A stretch of DNA of 64,000 nucleotides. It comes from an uncultured SAR86 cluster bacterium. Its GTDB lineage: Bacteria > Pseudomonadota > Gammaproteobacteria > Magnimaribacterales > Magnimaribacteraceae. The stretch spans positions 41,993-105,992 of the forward strand of contig CALJVP010000006.1 of assembly GCA_937773605.1 (NCBI GenBank), read 5' to 3'. This document shows, in pieces, positions 9,469 through 19,706 of the stretch (its first letter is position 1; each line of letters starts with the position of its first letter). The position numbers were made by a program, and so were the translations under genes. The notes under the pieces are model-generated. The model saw nothing but the letters and a program-made list of their open reading frames with translations, did not search any database and was not told where the DNA came from.

Positions 9469-10134
9469 TTAATTTGTTAAATATATTCTTTCTTTTTCTA
9501 TTAAGAAATCTACAACGTCCAAGAGCCTATCTGTACCAACACTTCTTGAAGCCGATACTTTATATTTTCCATTGACTATTAGAGTGGGCACTCCGGTTAT
9601 GTTCCACTGTTTCATTCTCTGGTCAGCTTGTTTAAGAGCATTCTTCACTCCAAAAGAAGAGGAAACGGATTTGTACTTTTCTCGCTCTACACCAAAACCT
9701 TTGAAATAGTATTCTAGTTCAGAATTGCCTGTCAGGCTTCTTCCCTCAGTTTGAATTGTATTAAAAGCTGCTGGAACTAACTGCTTGTCAATTCCAAGGG
9801 CCCTTGCTGTGTAGAACATTCTTGCATGGATTTTTAGTATTTCATTCCACGTTGCATGAGATTTCCAGAAATCAACATCTGCTGGCATGTCTCTCTTCCA
9901 TTGACTCAGATAAGATTCAAGTGCATAACAATGATTACAGCCAAACCAAAAGACTTCTACGACTTCAACCTTGGTGCTATTTCTCACTGCGGAGGGATTC
10001 TTTAACAATTCAAAATGAACTCCTTCTTGGTATTTATCTTTTACTAGATTGGTTTTTGAATCAGCTTCTTCAGAGCAAGAAACAAAGATTAAAAGGGCTA
10101 GGGGTAAAAGGAATCTGATAATTTTTCGGTTCAT
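9469..10134 (-). CDS. dsbA: Thiol:disulfide interchange protein DsbA, possibly a lipoprotein
   Basis: Active site FWFGCNHCY (CxxC) and C-terminal GVPTLIVNGKY. The signal sequence ends LLIFVSC, which resembles a lipobox. Confidence 0.85.
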   Translation of the reverse strand: MNRKIIRFLLPLALLIFVSCSEEADSKTNLVKDKYQEGVHFELLKNPSAVRNSTKVEVVEVFWFGCNHCYALESYLSQWKRDMPADVDFWKSHATWNEILKIHARMFYTARALGIDKQLVPAAFNTIQTEGRSLTGNSELEYYFKGFGVEREKYKSVSSSFGVKNALKQADQRMKQWNITGVPTLIVNGKYKVSASRSVGTDRLLDVVDFLIEKERIYLTN

Positions 10135-10143
10135 AGCAATTAA

Positions 10144-10740
10144 TTAATGAAGACCATGTATGAAACTTGAAAGGGCATCTATTTCTACATCGTCTAACTT
10201 ATAAGCGATGGCCATCATCATCTGAGACGACTCATCATTATCTCTTTCTCCAGATCTATAATTTTTAAGGGCCTTAGCAATGTATTCAGGCTGCTGACCA
10301 CTCAGCAGAGGATATCCAGCAGGCGCATTACCCTTACCTTTTGGGGAATGGCAAGCAGTACAAGCGGGTATTCCTTTATCTAAACTACCTGCGTAATAAA
10401 GCTTTCTTCCTAACTCAAGTTTATCCGCTGAAACTTGCCCGATAGTGTTGCTTTGAGAGGCATAGAAAGCTGCTATATCCTCCAAATCTTCTGTAGAAAA
10501 ATTGTCCAACAGCCCTGTCATCTCTGTTATGGATCGTTTGCCACTTTTTATATGTTGCAGTTGCCTTACCAAATAATTTACATTTTGACCGGCCAGAGAA
10601 GGCCAAAGACCAACCATACTATTGCCATCTTGACCATGGCACGCTGCACAAGTAGCTACCTTGTCTTTTCCGGAATCTGCGTTACCTGCGCCAATTGTGA
10701 CAAGAGAAGCAGCTAAAATAATTAATAATCTTAATTTCAT
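10144..10740 (-). CDS. Dihaem cytochrome c4
   Basis: Two CxxCH motifs (CAACHG and CTACHS) in two repeated domains. Start placed at MKLRLLIILAAS, a signal peptide, rather than the upstream Met at 10773. Confidence 0.85.
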   Translation of the reverse strand: MKLRLLIILAASLVTIGAGNADSGKDKVATCAACHGQDGNSMVGLWPSLAGQNVNYLVRQLQHIKSGKRSITEMTGLLDNFSTEDLEDIAAFYASQSNTIGQVSADKLELGRKLYYAGSLDKGIPACTACHSPKGKGNAPAGYPLLSGQQPEYIAKALKNYRSGERDNDESSQMMMAIAYKLDDVEIDALSSFIHGLH

Positions 10741-10821
10741 TAGTGAAAAATTTGTAAAATTGATGTGATGCAACAGGATTATATACTAACCTAAGAAAGC
10801 ATTCCGCAATTTAAGAGAGAC

Positions 10822-11430
10822 ATGACTGCTATAGACACATTTTTTAATGCTAGATTTATTGGAAGTTTTCAGTCGCATGAAGAACTTCCAGCTGACTCAG
10901 GGGATGAAATTGCATTTTGCGGCAGATCAAACTCTGGAAAATCCAGTGTCATCAATGCATTAACAAAAAATAAAAAACTTGCAAAAACGAGTAAAACCCC
11001 TGGACGAACTCAATCGATCAACCTTTTTTGTTTAAAAGATGAAGAAGAAAAACGACTTATTGATCTTCCCGGGTACGGTTACGCCAAAGTTTCAAAATCC
11101 AAAAGAAAAGAATGGGGCCTGATCATAGATGAGTACTTAAACCTTAGAGAGTCTTTAAGGGGTCTTATTATCATTATGGACATACGGCATCCTTTAAAGG
11201 ATTCTGACCAGATGCTCATAAGTTGGTGTCAAAAAACTCAGACACCTTTTTTAATTCTTTTAAATAAGTCAGACAAGCTATCTAAAAATCAAACACGCAG
11301 TGAATTGATGAAGGTAAAGAAAAGAGTAGACGGAACTTCCGTGTATCATGAAATCTTAACTTTCTCTTCTAAAGACCTGGTTGGTCTCAACGACCTAAGT
11401 AAATGCTTAGAAAAGTTCTTGCTGATATAA
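10822..11430 (+). CDS. engB: Ribosome biogenesis GTPase EngB/YihA
   Basis: P-loop GRSNSGKSS and DLPGYGYA motif. Divergent from cytochrome c4 and upstream of polA, as in other Gammaproteobacteria. Confidence 0.9.
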   Translation: MTAIDTFFNARFIGSFQSHEELPADSGDEIAFCGRSNSGKSSVINALTKNKKLAKTSKTPGRTQSINLFCLKDEEEKRLIDLPGYGYAKVSKSKRKEWGLIIDEYLNLRESLRGLIIIMDIRHPLKDSDQMLISWCQKTQTPFLILLNKSDKLSKNQTRSELMKVKKRVDGTSVYHEILTFSSKDLVGLNDLSKCLEKFLLI

Positions 11431-11706
11431 AAAAGTTCCAAGCTTATTGGGGGTAAACTTGAAACTTTTCTTACTTTATTTTTGTACGCTAGAAAAAACT
11501 AACTTACATATTTATGACTGTTAATTCTTAAATAAGTTCAAATTAATAATCTTTTTTAAATTTAAATCCATTGTGAGTTAAAATTTTAATTAAAACAGGG
11601 ATAAAAATTAGTAAAAAAGCTTCAAATACCATCTACAACCTTTCCAAGATTTTAACTTTTGGAATAAGCGGCAGGACTAAGTTTTTTAAAGAGCCTTGTA
11701 ATTAAA

Positions 11707-14412
11707 ATGGAAGAAATAGAAAATCTAGAAACACAAGATCCAATAATTCTTGTCGACGGCTCGTCCTATCTTTATAGGGCCTATCATGCTCTGCCTCCTC
11801 TTCTGACAAGTGACAATAAACCTACCGGCGCTATAAAAGGAGTGATTAGCATGATCCAAAGGATCTTAATTGACCACCCTAATAGCCCTGTTGCTGTTAT
11901 TTTTGATGCCAAAGGGAAAACATTTCGTCATGAAATGTACAAAGAATATAAAGCAAACAGGCCGCCAATGCCGACAGACCTTGCAGAACAAATAGAACCC
12001 ATTCATAGGATTATAGAGCTCATGGGGATAAAGCTAATAACTATTAGCGGCGTTGAGGCCGATGATGTAATCGGAACTCTGGCGGATCAGGCAAGACAAA
12101 AGAAAATTGATACCGTTATTTCTACAGGCGATAAAGACATGACGCAGTTGGTTTGTAAGAATGTAAAAGTTGTCAATACAATGACCGGAGAACTCCTAGA
12201 TGCAAAAGGAGTTAAAAAGAAATTCGGTGTTCCGCCTGAGCTTATAATAGATTACTTGGCATTAATTGGAGACACTTCAGATAATGTTCCAGGGGTGGAC
12301 AAAGTTGGTCCAAAAACAGCTGTTAAATGGCTTACTGAATACAAAAATATAGATGGAATTGTTGATAATTCAGAAAATATAACAGGAAAAGTTGGCGAAA
12401 ATTTAAGACTTGGTTTAAAACAGCTTTCTCTTTCAAAAGAACTCGTAACCATTAAAAAGGATGTTGATTTAGATGTCACAATCGAAGGCCTGAAAGTACA
12501 ACCCGCTGACCAAAATGGTCTAAATGCAATTTATAAAGATCTAGAGTTCAGAAGTTGGCTTGATAATAAAGAAGACCTGCCAAAGATAGAAGAAGAAAAG
12601 ATTAATTCTAATTACGAACTCGTTCTTGATGAAAAAGATCTGGATAAATGGATTAAAAAAGTAAATAAAGCAGAAACTGTTGCTGTTGATACAGAAACAA
12701 CAGGGCTTAATTATATGGATGCAAAACTTGTGGGTATTTCTTTGTCAACAGAGCCTGGAGAAGCGGCATATATACCTTTTGGTCACATTAAAGAAGAAGG
12801 CATAAAACAGCTATCTGAAAAAACAGTACTAGAAAAACTTAAACCATTTCTAGAAGATAAAAAGAAAAAAATTATTGGGCAGAATCTAAAGTTTGATAGA
12901 AATGTCCTGGCTCAACATGGAGTAAAACTAGGCCCTATTAAAAATGACACCATGTTAATGAGTTATATTTTAGATGCTTCTGCCACTAGACATAACCTCG
13001 ATGCATTGGCTAAATTCTACCTTAATTATAAGACGACTACTTTTGAGGAAGTTGCTGGCAAAGGGGTAAAGCAAATTACTTTTGACCAAGTGCCTTTAAA
13101 TCTTGCAGGAAATTATGCATCAGAAGATGCTGACATCACCCTTAGGCTTTACGAAAAACTCAATCCCCTTTTGAATAAGCAAACCTCTTTAAAGAAATTA
13201 GCTGAAGATATAGAGATCCCTTTAATAGAAGTGCTCTCTGATATGGAACAAGCAGGAACACTGGTTAATTCCAAAGTTTTAGAAGCACAGTCAAAAGACT
13301 TAGGGAAAAGGCTAATAAAATTAGAAAAAGAGGCCTATGAAATAGCTGGGGAAGAGTTCAACTTGGGCTCCACGAAGCAACTACGAGAAATTTTCTTTGC
13401 CAAATTAGAGTATCCCATTATTAAAAAAACTCCTGGCGGTCAGCCTTCCACGGATGAAAATGTTCTTCAGCAACTTGCTGAAGATTATGACCTTCCAAAA
13501 GTCCTTTTAGAACACAGGACTTTAAGTAAGTTAAAATCTACCTACACGGATAAATTACCCCTGCAAATCTCTGAAAATAGCAGCCGGGTTCATACCTCTT
13601 TTCATCAGGCCATCACAACCACTGGAAGACTTTCTTCTTCTGATCCAAATCTTCAAAACATACCCATAAGAACAGAAGATGGCAGAAGAATAAGACAAGC
13701 CTTTGAAGCTTCGAAAAGTAATGAATTAATTTCAGCAGACTACTCTCAGATAGAATTAAGGATTATGGCTCATCTTTCAGAAGATAAGGGCCTCTTAAAG
13801 GCATTTAATAATAACGAAGATATTCATAGCTTAACGGCAAGTGAGGTTTTTTCAGTAGATCAAAACGCAGTAACTCCTGATCTTAGGAGGAATGCAAAAG
13901 CCATAAATTTTGGCCTTATTTATGGCATTTCTGCCTTCGGTTTAGGAAAACAACTAGGGATAAATAGAAACTTAGCAGCAGAATATATGGCCATGTATTT
14001 TGCAAAATACCCTGGAGTAAAAGAATACATGGAATCTACTAAACAATCGGCCAGAGATCTTGGATACATAGAAACTCTTTTCGGAAGAAGACTCTACTTA
14101 AGAGATATTAATGCAGGAAATGGCATAAGAAGACAAGCAGCTGAAAGAGCTGCCATCAATGCCCCTGTGCAGGGCACTGCCGCGGATATAATGAAAATAG
14201 CGATGATTAATATGCACCAGGAGCTAAAGAAGGCGAAATTAAATGCAAAAATGACCCTGCAAGTGCACGATGAATTAATAATTGAATCTCCTCCTAGCGA
14301 AACAAAAGAAGTCGTTAATTTACTTAAAAAATCCATGTCGGAAGCGACAAAACTAAAGGTTCCTTTAGAAGTTGATGTGGGAATTGGCAACAATTGGGAC
14401 CAAGCCCACTAA
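11707..14412 (+). CDS. polA: DNA polymerase I
   Basis: 901 aa with 5'-nuclease N-terminus, 3'-5' exonuclease motif VAVDTETTGL, and polymerase motifs DYSQIELR and QVHDELI. Confidence 0.97.
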   Translation: MEEIENLETQDPIILVDGSSYLYRAYHALPPLLTSDNKPTGAIKGVISMIQRILIDHPNSPVAVIFDAKGKTFRHEMYKEYKANRPPMPTDLAEQIEPIHRIIELMGIKLITISGVEADDVIGTLADQARQKKIDTVISTGDKDMTQLVCKNVKVVNTMTGELLDAKGVKKKFGVPPELIIDYLALIGDTSDNVPGVDKVGPKTAVKWLTEYKNIDGIVDNSENITGKVGENLRLGLKQLSLSKELVTIKKDVDLDVTIEGLKVQPADQNGLNAIYKDLEFRSWLDNKEDLPKIEEEKINSNYELVLDEKDLDKWIKKVNKAETVAVDTETTGLNYMDAKLVGISLSTEPGEAAYIPFGHIKEEGIKQLSEKTVLEKLKPFLEDKKKKIIGQNLKFDRNVLAQHGVKLGPIKNDTMLMSYILDASATRHNLDALAKFYLNYKTTTFEEVAGKGVKQITFDQVPLNLAGNYASEDADITLRLYEKLNPLLNKQTSLKKLAEDIEIPLIEVLSDMEQAGTLVNSKVLEAQSKDLGKRLIKLEKEAYEIAGEEFNLGSTKQLREIFFAKLEYPIIKKTPGGQPSTDENVLQQLAEDYDLPKVLLEHRTLSKLKSTYTDKLPLQISENSSRVHTSFHQAITTTGRLSSSDPNLQNIPIRTEDGRRIRQAFEASKSNELISADYSQIELRIMAHLSEDKGLLKAFNNNEDIHSLTASEVFSVDQNAVTPDLRRNAKAINFGLIYGISAFGLGKQLGINRNLAAEYMAMYFAKYPGVKEYMESTKQSARDLGYIETLFGRRLYLRDINAGNGIRRQAAERAAINAPVQGTAADIMKIAMINMHQELKKAKLNAKMTLQVHDELIIESPPSETKEVVNLLKKSMSEATKLKVPLEVDVGIGNNWDQAH

Positions 14413-14941
14413 TGAGTTTTTTATTTAAAAACCCCAGAAGAGTCTACGGACTTATGATTGCTTACAGCGTTGGACTTATGACTGTTGCGCTCTTTTTTGA
14501 ATATTACCTTTTGCTGAAGCCCTGTATGCTTTGTTATTTACAAAGGTTCGCCGTTATTCTTGTTGGGTTAATTGGACTCATAGGATACATACACAACTCA
14601 AAAAACATTATTTTCTTTAAATCCTACCTGGGGGCATGTCTGTTATTTCTGTCTTAATGGGAATTGGTCTTTCAATAAGACAGCTTTATTTGCAAAGTCT
14701 TCCTGCGGAATTAGTTCCTAGCTGTGCACCCGATATGGACTATTTACTCGACTCTCTTCCCTTCTTTGAAGTCCTCTTAATGGCCATTCAGGGTGATGGG
14801 AATTGTGCTGAAGTTCTCTGGAGTTTTTTAGGCATTAGCATACCTGGATGGTTGTTAATTGGGTTCTTTCTGATTCTTGCTTATCTATCAAAATCACTGC
14901 TAAATGCAAATGAAATTCATTCTCAAAAACTTTATAGATAA
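14412..14941 (+). CDS. dsbB: Disulfide bond formation protein DsbB, interrupted by a single-base frameshift as sequenced
   Basis: ORFs 14394..14657 and 14636..14941 together give a complete DsbB. They carry KPCMLCYLQR (first Cys pair), SCAPDMDY...GNCAEVLW (second Cys pair) and 4 TM segments. The frames differ by one base around the G5 run at 14630-14634. The ATG at 14412 shares one nucleotide with the polA stop (TAATG). Confidence 0.8.
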
Positions 14942-14981
14942 TCTATAATGGCGCACTTAATTTAAATTACTTCAAGCTTAA

Positions 14982-16511
14982 ATGACTAAAATCTACAAAA
15001 ATATTTCTATTGATGAGTTGATAGAAGAATCTCTATCACGCAAGGAAGGTGAAATTGCTGCTAACGGTGCGTTGCTAGTAAAGACAGGAAAGAGAACGGG
15101 TAGAAGCCCTCTTGATAGGTTTATAGTAAAAGATGAGACTACCGCTTCCGATGTAGATTGGGGTGATGTAAACAAGCCCTTCGATCAGGATAAATTCTCA
15201 GCTCTATGGGAGAAAGTTGAAAGGTATTTGTCTGAGAAAGATACTTTTGTTTCTGACTTGCACGTAGGAGAGCATTCAGAATTTTATGTGCCGGTTACCA
15301 TAAAAACCGAATGGGCCTGGCATAACCTTTTTGGACGTCAGATGTTTATTAGACCAGATGATTTTAATACGAATTCTAAAGACGTATGGCAAGTCATGAG
15401 TGCCCCCGAATTTGTTTGTAATCCTGAAGAAGATGGAACAAACAGCGACGGTGTAGTAATTCTTAACTTCACAGAAAAGAAAGTTTTACTTGCAGGAATG
15501 CCGTATGCCGGAGAAATGAAAAAATCCATGTTTGCAGTTCAAAATTTTCTTCTGCCCGCTAAGGATGTTTTACCCATGCATTGCGCATCCAATGTTGGAT
15601 CAGAGGGCGAGGTTTGTTTATTCTTTGGTTTATCAGGTACTGGTAAAACCACACTTTCAGCAGATCCAAATAGAAACTTAATTGGTGATGACGAGCACGG
15701 CTGGGGTCCAGGAACTGTGTTTAACTTTGAAGGCGGTTGTTATGCTAAATGCATTGATTTAACCCAAAAAAATGAACCCGTAATCTGGGGTGCTATAAAA
15801 AAAGGCAGCGTAATGGAAAATGTTGTTATAGATTCAGATTCTAAAGAAGCTGATTACAGCGACTCCTCCTTGACCGAAAACACCAGGGTTGTATATCCAA
15901 GAGAGCATATTGAAAAAAGAGCAGAAGAAAATGCTGCCGGAGAGCCTAAAGCGGTCATCTTCCTGACTTGTGACCTTTCTGGTGTCATACCTCCAGTGTC
16001 TTTACTTTCGAAAGAAGCTGCTGCTTATCACTTCTTAAGTGGCTACACAGCTGCCATTGGCTCAACAGAAGTTGGCTCAACTGAAGCTTTCAAGACAACC
16101 TTCTCTACTTGTTATGGTGCTCCTTTTTTTCCAAGAGCTGCAGGAGTTTATGCCGACCTTCTTATGAAAAGAATAGAATCTTTTGAAAGCAAAGTTTACT
16201 TAGTGAATACCGGTTGGACTGGCGGGCCTTACGGCACAGGAAAGAGATTTGATATCCCAGTAACCAGAGCAATAATAAGTGCCATTCAATCGGGTGAACT
16301 AGCGGGGGCAGAAACTGAAAAAATAGAGGGCATGAATCTTGATGTGCCACTAGCCGTTAAGGGCGTAGATAGAGATCTTTTGAATCCCATAAGGAACTGG
16401 GAAGACTCAGAATCTTACGCAGTCTATGAAGAAAAGTTAGTGAATCAATTTAAAACTAATTTTAAAAAATTTGATGTCTCGGAAGCTATTATTTCTGCTG
16501 GTCCAAAATAA
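14982..16511 (+). CDS. pckA: Phosphoenolpyruvate carboxykinase (ATP)
   Basis: Kinase-1a motif [11 protein letters not shown] and overall PckA-like sequence, 509 aa. Confidence 0.93.
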   Translation: MTKIYKNISIDELIEESLSRKEGEIAANGALLVKTGKRTGRSPLDRFIVKDETTASDVDWGDVNKPFDQDKFSALWEKVERYLSEKDTFVSDLHVGEHSEFYVPVTIKTEWAWHNLFGRQMFIRPDDFNTNSKDVWQVMSAPEFVCNPEEDGTNSDGVVILNFTEKKVLLAGMPYAGEMKKSMFAVQNFLLPAKDVLPMHCASNVGSEGEVCLFFGLSGTGKTTLSADPNRNLIGDDEHGWGPGTVFNFEGGCYAKCIDLTQKNEPVIWGAIKKGSVMENVVIDSDSKEADYSDSSLTENTRVVYPREHIEKRAEENAAGEPKAVIFLTCDLSGVIPPVSLLSKEAAAYHFLSGYTAAIGSTEVGSTEAFKTTFSTCYGAPFFPRAAGVYADLLMKRIESFESKVYLVNTGWTGGPYGTGKRFDIPVTRAIISAIQSGELAGAETEKIEGMNLDVPLAVKGVDRDLLNPIRNWEDSESYAVYEEKLVNQFKTNFKKFDVSEAIISAGPK

Positions 16512-16529
16512 GAAAACAATCTCAATATT

Positions 16530-18089
16530 ATGAAGCTTACCCTAGAAAAGCTAAAGCAATCAGGGGCACTTGAAGAACTCCGATATATAAACAGAGGAAT
16601 AGAAAAAGAAAGTTTAAGAATCTCAAATTCGGGAAAACTTTCTAATAAACCTCACCCTAAGAGTTTAGGTTCTGCTCTTACCAACCCCTACATAACCACT
16701 GATTTTTCAGAAGCTCTTCTTGAGCTCATAACTCCTACTTTTAATGATGCTCAATCTTGTTTAGATTTTTTAAATGAACTTCATGGCTTTGTTTACAACA
16801 ATATTGAAGGGGAGATGCTGTGGCCCTGCAGCATGCCATGCCCGATAGACAATGAAGAAGAAATACCAATTGGGAACTACGGTATGTCAAACTCAGGGAT
16901 GATAAAAACAATCTACAGAAAAGGTCTCTCAGAAAGATATGGGAGCTTGATGCAAACAATTGCAGGCCTTCATTACAATTTCTCATTCTCAGATGAATTC
17001 TTCAATATTCTCCTATCTCTAGAAGAGAATAAAAATGAAAAAGAGCTTAAAAATGAAGTCTATTTACACATAGCCAGAAATTTTAAGAGGTTTGGCTGGC
17101 TTTATTTCTTCTTGTACGGAGCGTCTCCTGCTGTTTGTGATTCTTTTGTAGAAAAAGATAAACATGATCTTGAGAGTTTGCCTGGCGGAGGACTTTATAA
17201 GCCCAACTCTACTTCTTTAAGAATGGGCGACTTAGGCTATATCAGCAAAGCTCAAGATGATCTAAACATCTCTTACAACACGTTAGATGATTACTGCCTT
17301 GATTTGGAAAATGCCCTAACAACACCGTACAAGGCCTACCAAGAAATAGGTGAATTTGTTGACGACAAAAGGGTTCAACTAAATACATCGGTGATTCAAA
17401 TTGAAAATGAATATTACAGCACAATAAGACCTAAAAGAGTTTGTCCCACCGGGGAAAGGCCCGTTAACGTGCTGCGAACAAAAGGCATAGAGTATCTAGA
17501 GCTTAGATGCGTTGATTTGGATCCTTTCAGTCCTGTTGGGGTGAGACGGGATCAAATTGACTTCATGGATACCCTTCTTATGTACTGTCTTCTTAAAGAA
17601 AGTCCACCCATTGGAAGAGAAGAAGCTGAAACAATAAAAAGCAATCATGAGAAGATTATCAATAACGGACGGGATGTGAACCAAATCATAAATTTGGACG
17701 GGAATGAAAAAACTGCTTTAAATTTTGCTGAAAACATTCTCTCCGAATTGAAGGAAATATCTTCAACTCTGGGCGGGGCAATCTTCAAGGGTGATAAAAA
17801 TTTATGGATGGAATCTATAGACCTTCAAATTAAAAAGATAAAAAATATTGATGAGACCCTCAGTGGCAAGGTTCTAAATGATTTACTAACAAAAAATATG
17901 TCTTTTAGGGAGTTCGGTTTAAAGCTGGCAAATGAACATTCTCAACATTTTAAGACTGACAAAAGGTATGAGAATCTTTTCTTCGAAGAAGCTGCGAAAG
18001 CATCTCTTAAGAAACAAGAAGAAATAGATTCGCAAAATGAGCCTGACTTTGAGGTTTTCCTTAAAGAATATTTTAGTCAGACTTCTTGA
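16530..18089 (+). CDS. gshA: Glutamate--cysteine ligase
   Basis: 519 aa. RGIEKESLR near the N-terminus and EYLELRCVDLDPF are typical of proteobacterial GshA. Confidence 0.88.
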   Translation: MKLTLEKLKQSGALEELRYINRGIEKESLRISNSGKLSNKPHPKSLGSALTNPYITTDFSEALLELITPTFNDAQSCLDFLNELHGFVYNNIEGEMLWPCSMPCPIDNEEEIPIGNYGMSNSGMIKTIYRKGLSERYGSLMQTIAGLHYNFSFSDEFFNILLSLEENKNEKELKNEVYLHIARNFKRFGWLYFFLYGASPAVCDSFVEKDKHDLESLPGGGLYKPNSTSLRMGDLGYISKAQDDLNISYNTLDDYCLDLENALTTPYKAYQEIGEFVDDKRVQLNTSVIQIENEYYSTIRPKRVCPTGERPVNVLRTKGIEYLELRCVDLDPFSPVGVRRDQIDFMDTLLMYCLLKESPPIGREEAETIKSNHEKIINNGRDVNQIINLDGNEKTALNFAENILSELKEISSTLGGAIFKGDKNLWMESIDLQIKKIKNIDETLSGKVLNDLLTKNMSFREFGLKLANEHSQHFKTDKRYENLFFEEAAKASLKKQEEIDSQNEPDFEVFLKEYFSQTS

Positions 18090-18144
18090 CGTTTTTTTAA
18101 GAAAAGGTAACTTGATAAATAGATTTATTAGATAAGGAAATAAT

Positions 18145-19137
18145 ATGAAAGCTTTTGTATGTAACGAATTCGGACCAGTAGAATCACACAAAATTGAAGA
18201 CGTTGATGATCCAGTAGCCGGTCCTGGTCAGGTTGTTGTTGATATCAAGGCAACAGGTATTAGTTTTCCTGATGTTTTAATTGTACAAGGGCTTTATCAA
18301 TTCAAACCTCCCTTCCCGTTCAGTCCTGGCGGAGAGATTGCTGGTGTTGTTTCTTCCGTTGGTGAAGGTGTAACTATGTATAAAGAAGGAGACCGAGTCA
18401 TGGGCAGTGTTGGAAATGGAGGGCTTTGTGAAAAAGGAGCCTACTTTGCTCAACAACTGATGCCACTACCTGAAACAATGGATTTTAAAACTGCTGCAGG
18501 CTTCCCTTTGAATTACGGAACTACCTTTCATGCTTTAAAACAAAGAGGTGAGCTCCAGTCAGGGCAATCTTTATTAGTTCTTGGAGCCGGCGGTGGGCTT
18601 GGAATTACTGCAGTGCATATTGGAAAGGCCATGGGAGCAAAAGTGATTGCAGCTGCATCCTCTCAAGATAAACTTGATCTTTGCAAGGCAGAAGGTGCGG
18701 ACGAAACAATTCTTTATCAAAGAGATATGGACAGAGACTTACAAAAGAAATTCTCTGATGAAATCAAAGAAGCGTCCGGAGGTGGAGTTGATATGATCTA
18801 TGATTTGGTGGGTGGAGATTACGCTGAGCCCTCATTGAGAGCTATAAAAAGACATGGAAAATATCTAGTCATAGGCTTCACTGCTGGGATTCCTAAAATG
18901 CCACTAAATCTCACTCTGTTAAAAGAGTGTCAAATAATTGGAGTTTTTTGGGGTCAATTTGCAGGAATGGAATCTGAATTAAATGCACAAAACTTCAAAG
19001 AACTTTTTGCATTGCATGCTGAAGGAAAAATAAAACCTTTTGTTAGCAAAAGTTTTTCTCTAGATGACACAACTAAGGCAATTAAATCACTAGAAGATAG
19101 AAAGGTTCTCGGGAAGGTAGTTGTTAGCATGGAATGA
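18145..19137 (+). CDS. NADPH:quinone oxidoreductase / zinc-type alcohol dehydrogenase superfamily (MDR)
   Basis: MDR fold with Rossmann motif LVLGAGGGLGITAV, 330 aa. Confidence 0.75.
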   Translation: MKAFVCNEFGPVESHKIEDVDDPVAGPGQVVVDIKATGISFPDVLIVQGLYQFKPPFPFSPGGEIAGVVSSVGEGVTMYKEGDRVMGSVGNGGLCEKGAYFAQQLMPLPETMDFKTAAGFPLNYGTTFHALKQRGELQSGQSLLVLGAGGGLGITAVHIGKAMGAKVIAAASSQDKLDLCKAEGADETILYQRDMDRDLQKKFSDEIKEASGGGVDMIYDLVGGDYAEPSLRAIKRHGKYLVIGFTAGIPKMPLNLTLLKECQIIGVFWGQFAGMESELNAQNFKELFALHAEGKIKPFVSKSFSLDDTTKAIKSLEDRKVLGKVVVSME

Positions 19138-19613
19138 AATATTCCCTGAATCAAACCCTAAACACCTTTTTTTTAAAAGGTGTTTTTTTAATTTTTTCCT
19201 TAACCGCACAAGCTAACGACAAAGATGATTTTGTTTACGATCTTGCATTAGCCACTCAAGGAGTCTCAGTTAGTCAGTACAATACGGGGATAAATTATTC
19301 TCTTGGCAGGGGGATCCCTAAAGAGACAGAAAAATCCATATACTGGTATCAAAGAGCAAGTGAGCAAGGTCACTCTAAAGCTCCTTTCAATATGGCAATC
19401 CTATACGCCAAAGGAGAGGGGGTTGGTAAGAACCTTCCGTTGGCTTTGAAATATTTTAAACTTTCTGCAGAAAGAGGAAATTTGAACGCAAAATTGTTCT
19501 ACGAAGACATTCAATCGTTCAAAACTAAAAATGAACTAGAAGCCTTAAGAGTCATATGTTGCCCCGATCCAATGGTTCACGGGATGGTGGATAAAAACAA
19601 AACCTACAAGTAA
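19134..19613 (+). CDS. Sel1-repeat (TPR-like) protein with N-terminal signal sequence
   Basis: Repeats of the type YWYQRASEQGHSKAPFNMAILYAKGEGVGKNLPLALKYFKLSAERGN. The start overlaps the upstream stop (ATGA). Confidence 0.6.
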   Translation: MKYSLNQTLNTFFLKGVFLIFSLTAQANDKDDFVYDLALATQGVSVSQYNTGINYSLGRGIPKETEKSIYWYQRASEQGHSKAPFNMAILYAKGEGVGKNLPLALKYFKLSAERGNLNAKLFYEDIQSFKTKNELEALRVICCPDPMVHGMVDKNKTYK

Positions 19614-19706
19614 GCTCTTTAAGATTCTCTAAATCCTCAAAATTTATTAAATGATTCATAGAAGTTTCTTAAGAAACCCTTATAATCGCGCCTTTCTAGA
19701 AACCTC

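Noticed and set aside
11431-11706. A Spot 42 (spf) sRNA homologue between engB and polA.
   Set aside because: None of the conserved Spot 42 sequence blocks I remember, nor a GC-rich terminator hairpin, is present. The spacer is kept only as a low-interest unexplained region.
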